DNA of 64,000 nucleotides from Alphaproteobacteria bacterium. GTDB taxonomy: Bacteria > Pseudomonadota > Alphaproteobacteria > Bin95. The stretch covers positions 672,001-736,000 of the forward strand of contig OZ224045.1 in assembly GCA_963665325.3 (NCBI GenBank), in the 5' to 3' direction. The notes under the pieces are model-generated. The model ran no database searches. It was given only the letters and a program-made list of their open reading frames with translations, and was not told where the DNA came from. The translations under genes were made by a program, and so were the position numbers. Positions within the stretch are counted from its first letter, which is position 1. Every line of letters starts with the position of its first letter. Shown here piece by piece: positions 41,001-50,722 of this stretch.

Positions 41001-43521
41001 CTCTTCTGAACAGAACGTTCGCGATCGATTGCCAGGCCGTTTCGGACGGCACCGTGGCGCCCTCTGCGTAGCGGTATTCGTAGCGGTCAATCGCGGTACT
41101 GCCCGGAGCCGCCGGCGCTTCCCAGTCCAGCCTCACCTCCCCGTGGCTCGCCGCCGCCGTCAGGTTCCGCGGTGCGGACGGGGGAAAGCCGGGCGTCGCC
41201 TGGATTTGCGCTGCCGGCCCCTCTCCATCGGCGTTCACCGCCCGCACCTCGAAGCTGTAGAGCGTCCCGTTGGTCAGGAACCGGAAAGCGCCGGTAGTAC
41301 TGGGTCCCGTCGAAATCCAGCGCGTGCTTGCGGGAACCGAGGCGCCTTCGGCATTGCGCATCTCGTAGTACCGGACATTGGACCCGCCGCTGTTCCTCGG
41401 TGCCGACCATCGCAGGACGACCCCGCCGTCTTCCGTCGTGGCAGAGACATCTTGAGGAGCGGACAGCGGACCGTCGTTGTCCTCGATCGTGACCGTCATG
41501 ACGCAACCGCCCGAAGCGCAGGCGGTCGTCCCGTCCGCCTCGCGGAAGCGCACCCACGGGGGTACCCCGGGCGCCGCCAGGACGTTCATCTGGAATTCCT
41601 CGTCGGCCTCGACGGCGCTGTCGTCGACGATGGAGAGCGCGACCGACTTCCGGGCCTGCCAGATGCCGTCAACCTCGGAATAATCCTCCGGCTCGACGTC
41701 GAACATGATCGACAGGTTTTCGACGTCTGCGGAGAGCGTCGCGCCACCGGTAACAGCAGAAGTGATCACCGCCATACGGAAGGCCGCGCTCGGACGGTCG
41801 CCGCCTTGCTCTCCCTGCGCGACAATCGCGACGCTGGCCCCGCTCGCGCCTTCCGCAAATCTGTAGGCCGCCTTTTCCGGGCGGGCGGTGACCGTGGGAT
41901 GGCTCACAGGCGTCGCCGTCGCCGTTGCCGCATCGCCCACGCCGACACCGTTCACCGCCCTCACCTCGAAGGCGTAGGCCGTACCGCTGGTCAGGTCGTC
42001 GACTATTCTGGACGGATCCCTGCCGTTCGATCGCCAGGCCGTCTCGGAAGGCACCGCGGCGCCCTCGGCGTAGCGGTATTCGTAGTCCGTAATCGCGGTA
42101 CTGCCCGGAGCCGCCGGCGCTTCCCACTCCAGCGTCACCTGCCCGTGACTAGCCTTCGCCGTCAGGTTCCGCGGCGCGGACGGGGGAAAGCCGGGCGTCG
42201 CCTGGATCTGCGCTACCGTCCCCTCTCCCTGCGCGTTCACCGCGCGCACCTCGAAGCTGTAGAGCACACCGTTGGTCAACTGCCGAAAAGCTCCCGTAGT
42301 GGCGATCCCCGTCGAAATCCAGGGCCTGTCCTCGGGAACCGAGGCGCCTTCGGCGCGGCGCATCTGGTAGTGCAGGATTCTGGAGCCGCCATCGTGCGCC
42401 GGCGCCGACCATCGCAGGACGACCGCGCCGTCTTCCGGTGTCGCCGTCAGGCTTTGCGGCGCAGACGGTCGACCCGGCGTCGCCTGGATCTGCGCTACCG
42501 GCCCCTCTCCCTGCGCGTTCACCGCCCGCACCTCGAAGCTGTAGAGCACACCGTTGGTCAGCGAACGGAAAACGACCGCAGTGGTGGACCCCGCCCAACT
42601 CCAGGGCCTGTCCTCGGGAACCGAGGCGCCTTCGGCGTAGCGTATCTGGTAGTGCAGGACTCTGGAGCTGCCTTCATCCGCCGGCGCCGACCATTGCAGG
42701 ACGACCGCGCTGTCTTCCGGTGTCGCCGTCAGGCTTTGCGGCGCAGACGGTTGACCCGGCGTTGCCTGGATCCGCGCTGCCGGCCCCTCTCCCCGGGCGC
42801 TCACCGCCCGCACCTCGAAGCTGTAGCGCGTCCCGTTGGTCAATTGCGGGAAAGCCCTCGACGTGAGGGTCCCGTTCGATATCCAGGGCGTACCCTCGGG
42901 AACCGAGGTGCCTTCGGCGCTGCGCACCTCGTAGCGCAGCAGGATAGTGGAGCCGCCATCGTCCGCCGGCGCCGACCAGCGCAGGACGACCCCGCTGTCG
43001 TCCGCCGTTGCCGTCAGGCTTTGCGGTGCGGACGGGGGAAGACCGGGCGTCGCCTGGAGTTGCGCCGCCGGCCCTGCTCCCTGGGCGTTCACCGCCCGCA
43101 CCTCGAAGCTGTAGCGCGTCCCGTTGGTCAGCTGCGGGAAAGCGAACGACGTGAAGGTCCCGGTCCGAATCCAGGGCGTACCCTCGGGAACCGAGGCGCC
43201 TTCGGCGCTGCGCACCTCGTAGCGCAGGATAGTGGAGCCGCCATTGTCCGCCGGCGCCGACCATCGCAGGACGACCCCGCCGTTGTCCACCGTCGCGGAG
43301 ACGTTCTGCAGCGCACCCGGGGGGCCCGGCTCACTCTGGCGCGCAACGGGCGGGTCGGACGGATTGCTCGCCTGCGCAGCGGCGGCCGGCAGAAAAACCG
43401 ATGCGACGCCGAATATGGCAGCCCAGCGTCGGACAAACCGGACCGACGCGCAAAGAAACCCGGTCGGCCCGGAACGAAAATTGTTTCGAATGGCGCTCGA
43501 CCAGCCGGAAGTCGTACCCAT
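35003..43521 (-). pseudogene. N-terminal part of the giant FN3-repeat adhesin (signal peptide, about 24 FN3, 3 Calx-beta-like domains), truncated by the transposon
   Basis: Extended signal peptide ending AAAAQA; 24 FEVRA motifs; three IVDD...E.DE...VTI.DND domains; frame runs into the transposon and stops at 34981. Confidence 0.88.
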
Positions 43522-43605
43522 GTGAAGACCCCAAGAATTGGAGGATTAGGGTCTTCGAACTAGAGACAGAACTTCTCATCTGGAAATGCCTATAAAGGAA
43601 TTCTC

Positions 43606-43620
43606 ATGCAGGAATTGCAT
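43606..43620. promoter_or_regulatory. Putative LysR-type binding site (T-N11-A dyad)
   Basis: ATGCA-GGAAT-TGCAT in the AT-rich divergent intergenic region, 85 bp upstream of the adhesin ATG. Confidence 0.55.
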
Positions 43621-43840
43621 AAAGTAAAAATTCGATACAATGAAAGATTTGGAACCGTTTGCTGGCAATCAAAGAAAAACTAATCGAGCACAGAAGTTAT
43701 TGTTATCGACATCGGACATGATCACGAGTTTGTGTTCACATTCAAACAAATTAGATAGTCACATGCTTAAATGTCCTAGCCAGATGACCTACATAAATGT
43801 CACAAACCCTCTTCCGAACTGCCGAAGGAGAGAATCCGGT

Positions 43841-44791
43841 ATGTTCGAAAAACGTAGCGACCTGATGAAGTTCCTCACCGTCGCTGAAACGGGCACGGTT
43901 CTCGGTGCGGCGGACCGGATCGCAATGACGCAACCGGCCTTGTCGCGCGCCATCTCCCGGCTCGAGACATCGTTCGGCGGACAACTGTTCGAACGGCTCC
44001 CGACGGGCGTCCGCCTGACGGAATTCGGCGCCACGGTCGCCGAGCAGGCCCGCCACATCCTGCGCGAGATCGAAACTGCCGAAGGAAGGGTCAGGTCGGC
44101 ACTGTCAGGCCATTCCAGCGGCCTGCGGATCACGGCGGGTCCGACATGGATGCAGACGATCCTGCCTGAGGCCATCGCGAGGTTTCACGATGCCTTTCCC
44201 GATGTCGAGCTGAGACTGCATGCCATGACGTTCCTCGAAGGGACCCGGCTGCTCATAAACGGTGAAAGCGACCTCCATTGCGGCCGTATCGACACCGAAC
44301 GGCACCTGCCTGCATTCCTTAGACGCGAAAGCTTCCTCAACATGAGGTCGAGCATCGTTGCCCGCTCCGATCATCCGCTTCATTCCGGCAAGGTGGCGTG
44401 TGACGACCTGGTCGAGTGGCCCTGGATCGATTGCGAAGCTTCTGCGAGGACGCAGGATGACGAGGAGCAGTCGCCCCTTGCCGAGCTTTTTGACGAGCTG
44501 TTTGCCAGAACCCGGAAACGGGTTCGCACCGTCGTCCGCGCCGGGCCCGCAGGCCTGGCGCTCATGGGCATGGGTCCTTACTTGTCCAGGCTCCCGGTCA
44601 CTTTCCTCGACAGGCTTCCCGGACTCAGCCTCAAGCCGCTGCCGCTCGAATTCGGCACGGCCGCGTTTCGCGCCGGCATCGTTTCGCGCGTTTCAGCCTG
44701 GGACTTTTCCGCTTTCCGGTATTTCGCCGAAACCGTCCGCGAAGTGGCGCGCGGTCAGCGAACCCACCTGCGGGCCATCGCCGCCACCTAG
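43841..44791 (+). CDS. LysR-family transcriptional regulator
   Basis: FLTVAETGTV..AA..IAMTQPALSRAI..LE...G..LFER...GV.LT. Confidence 0.92.
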   Translation: MFEKRSDLMKFLTVAETGTVLGAADRIAMTQPALSRAISRLETSFGGQLFERLPTGVRLTEFGATVAEQARHILREIETAEGRVRSALSGHSSGLRITAGPTWMQTILPEAIARFHDAFPDVELRLHAMTFLEGTRLLINGESDLHCGRIDTERHLPAFLRRESFLNMRSSIVARSDHPLHSGKVACDDLVEWPWIDCEASARTQDDEEQSPLAELFDELFARTRKRVRTVVRAGPAGLALMGMGPYLSRLPVTFLDRLPGLSLKPLPLEFGTAAFRAGIVSRVSAWDFSAFRYFAETVREVARGQRTHLRAIAAT

Positions 44792-44802
44792 CCCGCGGAG
44801 CG

Positions 44803-45582
44803 TCAGCGGGCGGGCGACAGGCCTTCTTTCCGGTAAAACAGCCGCATCGCAACCGCCGACACGGCATAGCAGACGACGAGGAATGGTCCGGCAGGCAGGT
44901 CGGCGGCGGCCGATATCAGTATGGCCGCGACCGCGGCCGCTGCACCGCTCGCGAAGGCGCGCCAATGGACGTAGCCCTTGCCGGCGCGCGCCGCGAGAGC
45001 CGGCAGGATAAGGCTCGCAAACACCACATAGACACCGACCAGCTGCATCGATGCCGTGATGACCAGGGCGAACAGGACGAAGAAGCCGGCGCCGGCGCGG
45101 AGACGCGGAACGAGGAGCCAGAGCGCGGCGAAGAGACCGTATATCGGCAGAAAGGCCGCAATGTCGTCCCAGGTCACGAACAGGAGTTGACCGGAAAGCA
45201 CGTGGCGCAGCTCCTCGCCGCCATGCGGGTCGTCGGCAAGCGCCAGCAGGGCTATGGACGCTGCAACGATGAAGCTGCTGCCTATGACGGCTTCCTGCTC
45301 CTGCGGCGACTTGCGCTCGATCCAGCGGAAGAACAGCGCAATGGCGATGCCGGCGGTGAAGGCCACCCCCTGGGCCACGATCCAGTTCGGTTCCTCCAGC
45401 CAGACACCGAGCAGAATGACGGCCAGCCCGACTACCTGGGCGGTCGCCAGGTCGATGAACACGATCCCGCGCTTGAGAACCTCGATCCCGAGCGGCGCGT
45501 GCGCCGCCGTGACGACCAGCCCGACAACGAGGCCCGGCGCCACGATGTCGAACAGGTCAAGACCGATCTCGGGCCTCCTCAA
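44803..45582 (-). CDS. Metal ABC-3-type permease (ZnuB-like); start uncertain
   Basis: HAPLGIEVLKRGIVFIDLA.AQ, QEAVIG, LSGQLLFV, LVGVYVVFASLILPA. Confidence 0.85.
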   Translation of the reverse strand: MRRPEIGLDLFDIVAPGLVVGLVVTAAHAPLGIEVLKRGIVFIDLATAQVVGLAVILLGVWLEEPNWIVAQGVAFTAGIAIALFFRWIERKSPQEQEAVIGSSFIVAASIALLALADDPHGGEELRHVLSGQLLFVTWDDIAAFLPIYGLFAALWLLVPRLRAGAGFFVLFALVITASMQLVGVYVVFASLILPALAARAGKGYVHWRAFASGAAAAVAAILISAAADLPAGPFLVVCYAVSAVAMRLFYRKEGLSPAR

Positions 45583-46468
45583 GCAAGGCCAGCGTGCTGT
45601 CGAACAATGAGAACAGGTCGCCCGCCTCCGGGCTGCCGCCGACCGTGAAAGGAAGCTCGGCGACCGGAATGCCCGTCTTCCCGGAAAGCCACTCGGAAGC
45701 GTCCTCGGGTTCGAAGGGCGCGCGGACAATGGCCCTGGCGCCGCTGTTTCGCACCAGTTCAAGAACTTCGACGAGATGCGACGCGGTCGGCGGAATGCCC
45801 GAAACCCGCTCCAGTACCGCAACCCGCTCCAATTCGGCCCAGCGCAGCAGATAGACCCAGGCCTTGTGATGGACGACCACCTTCATGCCGCGCAGCTTCT
45901 CCGTCCGCTCCCGCCAGCCGGCCACGGCGTCGGCCCAGCGGGCCTCAAAGGACGCCAGGCGTTGCCGGTAGGCTTCCGCCCGGTCCGGGTCGATTTGCTC
46001 CAGCCGCTCCGTCAGCAACCGTGCGAGGACGGCGATGTTCCCCGGGTCGAGATGGACATGCGGATTTCCGCCCGGGTGAATGTCTCCCAGGCTGCGGTCC
46101 AGGACTTCGGGCCGTTCCAGGACCTCGACATGGTCTGCCGCCATGATGTGCCCCGGCTGGCCCGGCTGCACGATGCGCCCCGCACCTCTCTGCATTAGGA
46201 CCGGCAGCCAGCCGACTTCGAGGTCCGCGCCGGAACAGAACAGTATTTTCGCGCGGCGCACCTTTGCGATCAGGCTGGGGCGGGCGCGTATGTAGTGCGC
46301 GTCCTGGCCGCCATGGGTCGCCGAATGGACAACGACGTCCTCGCCACCGATTTCCTCCGCCAGCGCCGCCCATTCCGGCTCGCAGGCGAGAATCCGGACC
46401 TGCGCATCCGCCATCGCCGGCGACAGCAATGCGGCCGCCAGCGCGGCCGCCAGCGCCGTTCTCCTCAT
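45557..46468 (-). CDS. Metal ABC substrate-binding protein (ZnuA-like)
   Basis: Signal peptide, QDAHYI, GDIHPGGNPHVHLDP, VVHHKAW, GIPPT..HL. Confidence 0.9.
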   Translation of the reverse strand: MRRTALAAALAAALLSPAMADAQVRILACEPEWAALAEEIGGEDVVVHSATHGGQDAHYIRARPSLIAKVRRAKILFCSGADLEVGWLPVLMQRGAGRIVQPGQPGHIMAADHVEVLERPEVLDRSLGDIHPGGNPHVHLDPGNIAVLARLLTERLEQIDPDRAEAYRQRLASFEARWADAVAGWRERTEKLRGMKVVVHHKAWVYLLRWAELERVAVLERVSGIPPTASHLVEVLELVRNSGARAIVRAPFEPEDASEWLSGKTGIPVAELPFTVGGSPEAGDLFSLFDSTLALLEEARDRS

Positions 46469-46482
46469 CTTGCCCTCCCGGT

Positions 46483-47952
46483 TCAGAAGCTGTGGGCGCC
46501 GTGGGCGCCGAGGCTCATGACATATTGCAGGATGAACTGGTCGTCGCGTTCGTCGCCGAAGGATTTGCGGTTGTACTGGAACCGGACCCGCCCGAACTCG
46601 CTGTTAGTCCAGTCGAGCATGGCGCTGACCGTGGAGAGGTTATGGTCCAGCTCCGCGTCGTCAGGCGGCGAGAGGCGCGCATAGCGAAGCCCGGCCCGCC
46701 AGCGAGGCATGAACTTGTAGACCGCCTGCGCATACCAGCCGCTGGCGTCGCCATTCAGGCGCTCGGTCTCCGACTCGGTATGGCAGATTTCATGCTCGTG
46801 CGGGTTTCCCTGTTCGTCTTCTTCTTCGCAGTGTTGCTCTTCCAGGGTGTACAACCCCTTTTCGCTGCGGCGGAAATACTCGCCCTGGAGGATCAGCTCC
46901 CTGTCCCGCGCATTGCCGGTCGGCGCGTAGGTGTAGCGGAAATCGACGCCGAAGAGCCGCGTGTCGCCCGTGAACGAGCCGTTGGAGAAATACTCGGCGT
47001 GGGCATGCTCCTCCTCTTCCTCGCCTTCTTCCCCTTCCTCATGCGCATGCTCCTCCTCTTCATGCGCATGGGCGTCGCCTCCCGTCCGGTCGCGGGACTC
47101 CCCGTCCAGCATGTAAGCGCCGACCCGTAATGCGGAATTGGCGGTCAGGTCGCCGCCCAGCCGCGCATAGACGGACCGGGCGTCGCGGCCCGTCTCGGAA
47201 CCTCCGAAGGGCGTGTCACCGCCACGGAAGATGCCGCCCCCGACCTCCTTGTAGAGGTCGCCCGGAAGCACGATGGAAACTTCTGCGCCGTCGTCATTGT
47301 AGGCGCCGTCCAGGAATGCCCTGTAGGGAAGCGGACGGTCACTGAAATCGTCGCCGTGGGCATGCAGCTCGTTCAGGTAGCCAAATGTCCAGAGCGCACG
47401 GCCCGCCTTGAGCCGGAAGCCGTCCGGCATACCCGAACCGGGCAGGGTCTGGATATAGGCTTCCTCCAGCTCGACCTCGGTCGGCTCGCCCGCATGCACG
47501 CCGAGCCCGAGCGTAAGGGCCCCCCGGAACTTGTCGTCGATATTGCCCGACATGGCGATCTCGCTATGGCCGAGGGCGAGCCCCTCATCCGGACGCTCTG
47601 ACTCGTGGCCGAGCTGGAAACCCGGAAGCCCGGAGCCGTCTTCGGAGTATTCCGAGAACATGCCGTTCAGAACGATGCCGATGGCCGGATTGAAGCTGTT
47701 GTCGCCGGTCCGCATGGACGGCCGCGAGGCCGGGGCGGTTTTCTGTTCGGCGGCCGGGGCCTTGGCCTTCATCCCGGCGAGTTGGGCCTCCAGCGCCGCA
47801 ATGCGCTTTTCGTAATCCTGCTTCAGTGCGTCGATCTGCGCGGCCAGTTGCTCTGCCGTGGGCGGCCCCGACTGCGCCTCGGCCGCCGAAACGGCGAACA
47901 AGACCGGCAACCCGATGGCCGCCAACCGCACAAATCCCAAAAGTCCGCGCAT
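46483..47952 (-). CDS. Zinc-regulated outer-membrane beta-barrel with His/Glu-rich loops
   Basis: Signal peptide plus coiled coil, FNPAIGIVLNG, FGYLNELHAH, HAHEEEEHAHEE loop, SEFGRVRFQY, C-terminal LGAHGAHSF. Confidence 0.82.
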   Translation of the reverse strand: MRGLLGFVRLAAIGLPVLFAVSAAEAQSGPPTAEQLAAQIDALKQDYEKRIAALEAQLAGMKAKAPAAEQKTAPASRPSMRTGDNSFNPAIGIVLNGMFSEYSEDGSGLPGFQLGHESERPDEGLALGHSEIAMSGNIDDKFRGALTLGLGVHAGEPTEVELEEAYIQTLPGSGMPDGFRLKAGRALWTFGYLNELHAHGDDFSDRPLPYRAFLDGAYNDDGAEVSIVLPGDLYKEVGGGIFRGGDTPFGGSETGRDARSVYARLGGDLTANSALRVGAYMLDGESRDRTGGDAHAHEEEEHAHEEGEEGEEEEEHAHAEYFSNGSFTGDTRLFGVDFRYTYAPTGNARDRELILQGEYFRRSEKGLYTLEEQHCEEEDEQGNPHEHEICHTESETERLNGDASGWYAQAVYKFMPRWRAGLRYARLSPPDDAELDHNLSTVSAMLDWTNSEFGRVRFQYNRKSFGDERDDQFILQYVMSLGAHGAHSF

Positions 47953-48002
47953 AGATACCCCTCCGACGACCCTCCCATGCAGCGAGGTCTCGTCATTCGT
48001 CT

Positions 48003-48043
48003 AGATCGTTACTGTATTACATAATGATACAAGATAACATTTC
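48003..48043 (-). promoter_or_regulatory. Tandem overlapping Zur boxes
   Basis: Minus strand GAAATGTTATCTTGTATCATTAT and ATTATGTAATACAGTAACGATCT resemble the proteobacterial Zur consensus GAAATGTTATA-N-TATAACATTTC; directly upstream of the Zn uptake operon. Confidence 0.78.
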
Positions 48044-48085
48044 AAGCAAGAAGCGGCCGGGTTCGCCGGGCAGCCGGCGGCGCGA

Positions 48086-50239
48086 CTATGCGAGCGCTGC
48101 GGCGCGGACGGCGTCGGGCGTGAAAGGGATCCTTCGGAGCCGTAGTCCCGTCGCGGCATGGACGGCGTTGGCGATTGCCGCTGCGGTGGGGCCGGCCGTG
48201 GCCTCCCCGGCGCCGAGGAACGGCTGCCGGCCCGGGTCGATCAGGACGGTCTCGAACGCGGGCACATTGTCGAAGCCCAGGATCGGATAGGAGTCCCAGT
48301 CCCGGCTGGCAATGCCGTCCCGGTCGAAGGCCACCGCTTCGTGGAGGGTCCAGCTCGCGGCCTGAACGACCCCGCCTTCGAGCTGCGCGGCAAGGCCGGC
48401 CCGGTCGACGATCTCGCCTGCATCGGCGGCGATAACGCAGCGCTCCAGCCGGATTTCGCCGGCGTCGGAAACCGCGACTTCCATGACGACGGCGGCATAG
48501 GCGGCGCTGTTCTTATATTGCGCGAATCCGATCCCGCGTCCCCGGCCTTCGGGGCAGTCGGCGCCCGAAGGGTCCAGGCGCTCCGCCGCCGCTTCGATGA
48601 CCGCCCGGCCGCGCGGGTCCGGCAGATGGCTGAGGCGGAAGGAAACGGGATCGCTGCCCGCTTCCCCGGCAAGCTCGTCCATGAAGGACTCGATGGCGAA
48701 GACGTTCGCATAGGCGCCCAGCGACCGGAGGGACGAAACCCGGAGCGGCATGTCCCGGACCAGGTGCTTGACCAGGCGCTTCTCCGGCAGATCGTAGAGC
48801 GGGTCCAGATTGCGGTGGATGCCCATCTGGCGCCCCATCGCCGGGCCCATAATGGGCGGTTCCAACGGCTCGGCGAGGAACCGGGTCGAAAGCAGGCGGG
48901 CTGCGCCCATCTTGCCCGGACCCGGGCGGGGCCGCATGGAATAGGTGTCGCTGTATGTCTCGTGCGACCAGGCGGCGATTCTGCCCTCGCCGTCCAGGCT
49001 CGCGCGGAGATCCATCGACGCGCAGGACCCGTAAGGCTCCCACGCATGCTCGTCCTCGCGCGTCCATTTCAGCAAGACCGGGGCGCCGGGAAGCGCGCGG
49101 GCGATGAGGGCGGCGTCGAAGGCTGCATCGTCGGCGCCGTTATGGCCGTAGCAGCCGGAGCCCGGCGCGTGAACGACGCGGACCGCCTCGGGTGTCATGC
49201 CGAACGCCTCGGCCAGCGCGGCGCGCAGGACATAGACGCCCTGGCTGTGGGTGTGGACGGTCAACAGGCCGCCGGCAAACGCCGCCACCGCCGCCGAAGG
49301 GCCGAGCGAGGCGTGCATCTGGTAGGGCCGCTCGTAGCGCGCCTCCAGCGTCGCAACCGCATCGGCCGGCGGAGGGGCCGGCGGCGGCACCGGCGCCTCG
49401 ACCGGCGTACCATCGACGACCGGAAGGCTCACCCTCTCATTGGCGCGCAGGCATTCGTAGATGTCGCGGGTCTCCAGCCCGCCGCCCAAGTCCCACGACG
49501 CAGCAGCGCTGAGGCGTTCGGCCGCCCTGACCGCCGCATACTCGTCGACCGCGGCAACGGCGAGGAAGCTGCCGTCCCGCACGATCCGGACGCCCTCCGC
49601 AGCAAGGTGCTCGATTACGGCTTCGTCCAGAGCCGTCAGCCGCGCGTGGTAGTGCGGCGGACGCACCAGCCGCGCATGCAGCATGCCCGGCAGGCTCATG
49701 TCGTGGAGGAAATACGGCCGCCCCCGGACCAGCGCCTCCATCCCACGCGCCATCGCGGCGGTCCCGACTTGACGCAGGGCCTCGCGCGGCCTGAGCGGCG
49801 CATCCGGATCGACGGCGATGCCGAAGGGCCTGCCGGCGGCAAGCTCCCAATAGCTCGTCTTCCGGTTGGTGGCGCGCGAGTGGATCGTACCGTCGTCCAC
49901 TTCCAGCGCGGCGATATCGACTTCCAGAATCCCGGCGGCGCGCTCCAGCAATTGCCGCCGCGCCGTCGCCGCCGCCAGGCGGACCGCATTGCCGGTCTGG
50001 GCCATCGACTGGCTGCCAGAGGTGAAACCTTCGTCCGGCGAGGAACCGGTTTCGATCCGCGCGACCTTGACCCTGCCGGGGTCGATGTCGAGCTCATCCG
50101 CGGCCAGCAGGGCGACCGCCGTGGAGATGCGCTGGCCGATATCGACCTTGCCGCTGCAGACGACAACCGTTCCGTCAGCGTCGAAGACGAGCCAGTCGTC
50201 GAGCGCCGGGTTGGCCTCCAGGCTCGGGTTAGCCGCCAT
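48086..50239 (-). CDS. Xanthine-oxidase-family molybdopterin-binding subunit (nicotinate dehydrogenase / isoquinoline oxidoreductase-like)
   Basis: SGKVDIGQ, DEGFTSGS, YQMHASLGP, THSQG, GSGCYGHNGADD, LRSLGA, QLEGG, LGAGE. Confidence 0.88.
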   Translation of the reverse strand: MAANPSLEANPALDDWLVFDADGTVVVCSGKVDIGQRISTAVALLAADELDIDPGRVKVARIETGSSPDEGFTSGSQSMAQTGNAVRLAAATARRQLLERAAGILEVDIAALEVDDGTIHSRATNRKTSYWELAAGRPFGIAVDPDAPLRPREALRQVGTAAMARGMEALVRGRPYFLHDMSLPGMLHARLVRPPHYHARLTALDEAVIEHLAAEGVRIVRDGSFLAVAAVDEYAAVRAAERLSAAASWDLGGGLETRDIYECLRANERVSLPVVDGTPVEAPVPPPAPPPADAVATLEARYERPYQMHASLGPSAAVAAFAGGLLTVHTHSQGVYVLRAALAEAFGMTPEAVRVVHAPGSGCYGHNGADDAAFDAALIARALPGAPVLLKWTREDEHAWEPYGSCASMDLRASLDGEGRIAAWSHETYSDTYSMRPRPGPGKMGAARLLSTRFLAEPLEPPIMGPAMGRQMGIHRNLDPLYDLPEKRLVKHLVRDMPLRVSSLRSLGAYANVFAIESFMDELAGEAGSDPVSFRLSHLPDPRGRAVIEAAAERLDPSGADCPEGRGRGIGFAQYKNSAAYAAVVMEVAVSDAGEIRLERCVIAADAGEIVDRAGLAAQLEGGVVQAASWTLHEAVAFDRDGIASRDWDSYPILGFDNVPAFETVLIDPGRQPFLGAGEATAGPTAAAIANAVHAATGLRLRRIPFTPDAVRAAALA

Positions 50240-50702
50240 CGGCTGCCTCGGCGATAAGCCGGTCCACCGCCCTCAACACGTCGGCATGCGCGCCGCAGCG
50301 GCAGAGATGGCCCTCAAGCGCCTCGACCGCTCCTCGCCGGTCCGGGCGCTCCGCCGCCTGCAAGTAAGCCGTCAGCGCAACGATCAGCCCGGTCGTGCAA
50401 TAGCCGCATTGCGCGGCGCCCGTTTCGAGGAAGGCGCGCTGCACCGGGTTGAGGCCCCCGCCCTTCGCCAGGCCCTCGACCGTCGTGATCGCGCATCCCT
50501 CGAATTCGGACACGGCCCGAACGCAGCTCAATATCTTTTCGCCATCGACGATCACGGCGCAGGCCCCGCACTGCTCCAGTCCGCAGCCGAGCTTCGCGCC
50601 GACAAGGCCCAGCCGATTGCGCAGCACATAGATCAGCGGCGTTGCGGGGTCCGCCTCGACCTCGCGGACCGCGCCGTTGATGTTAAGAACGATAGCGCTC
50701 AT
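50229..50702 (-). CDS. (2Fe-2S)-binding small subunit of the molybdo-hydroxylase
   Basis: GAKLGCGLEQCGAC, ITTVEGL, QCGYCT, LCRCG. Confidence 0.92.
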   Translation of the reverse strand: MSAIVLNINGAVREVEADPATPLIYVLRNRLGLVGAKLGCGLEQCGACAVIVDGEKILSCVRAVSEFEGCAITTVEGLAKGGGLNPVQRAFLETGAAQCGYCTTGLIVALTAYLQAAERPDRRGAVEALEGHLCRCGAHADVLRAVDRLIAEAADGG

Positions 50703-50722
50703 TTGCGAACCGCGGCGGCAGT

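Noticed and set aside
37915-43563. 1882-aa plus-strand ORF (also 26542-28932 and 35275-37593)
   Set aside because: Arg-rich antisense shadows of the GC-rich repetitive adhesin gene; no domain signal
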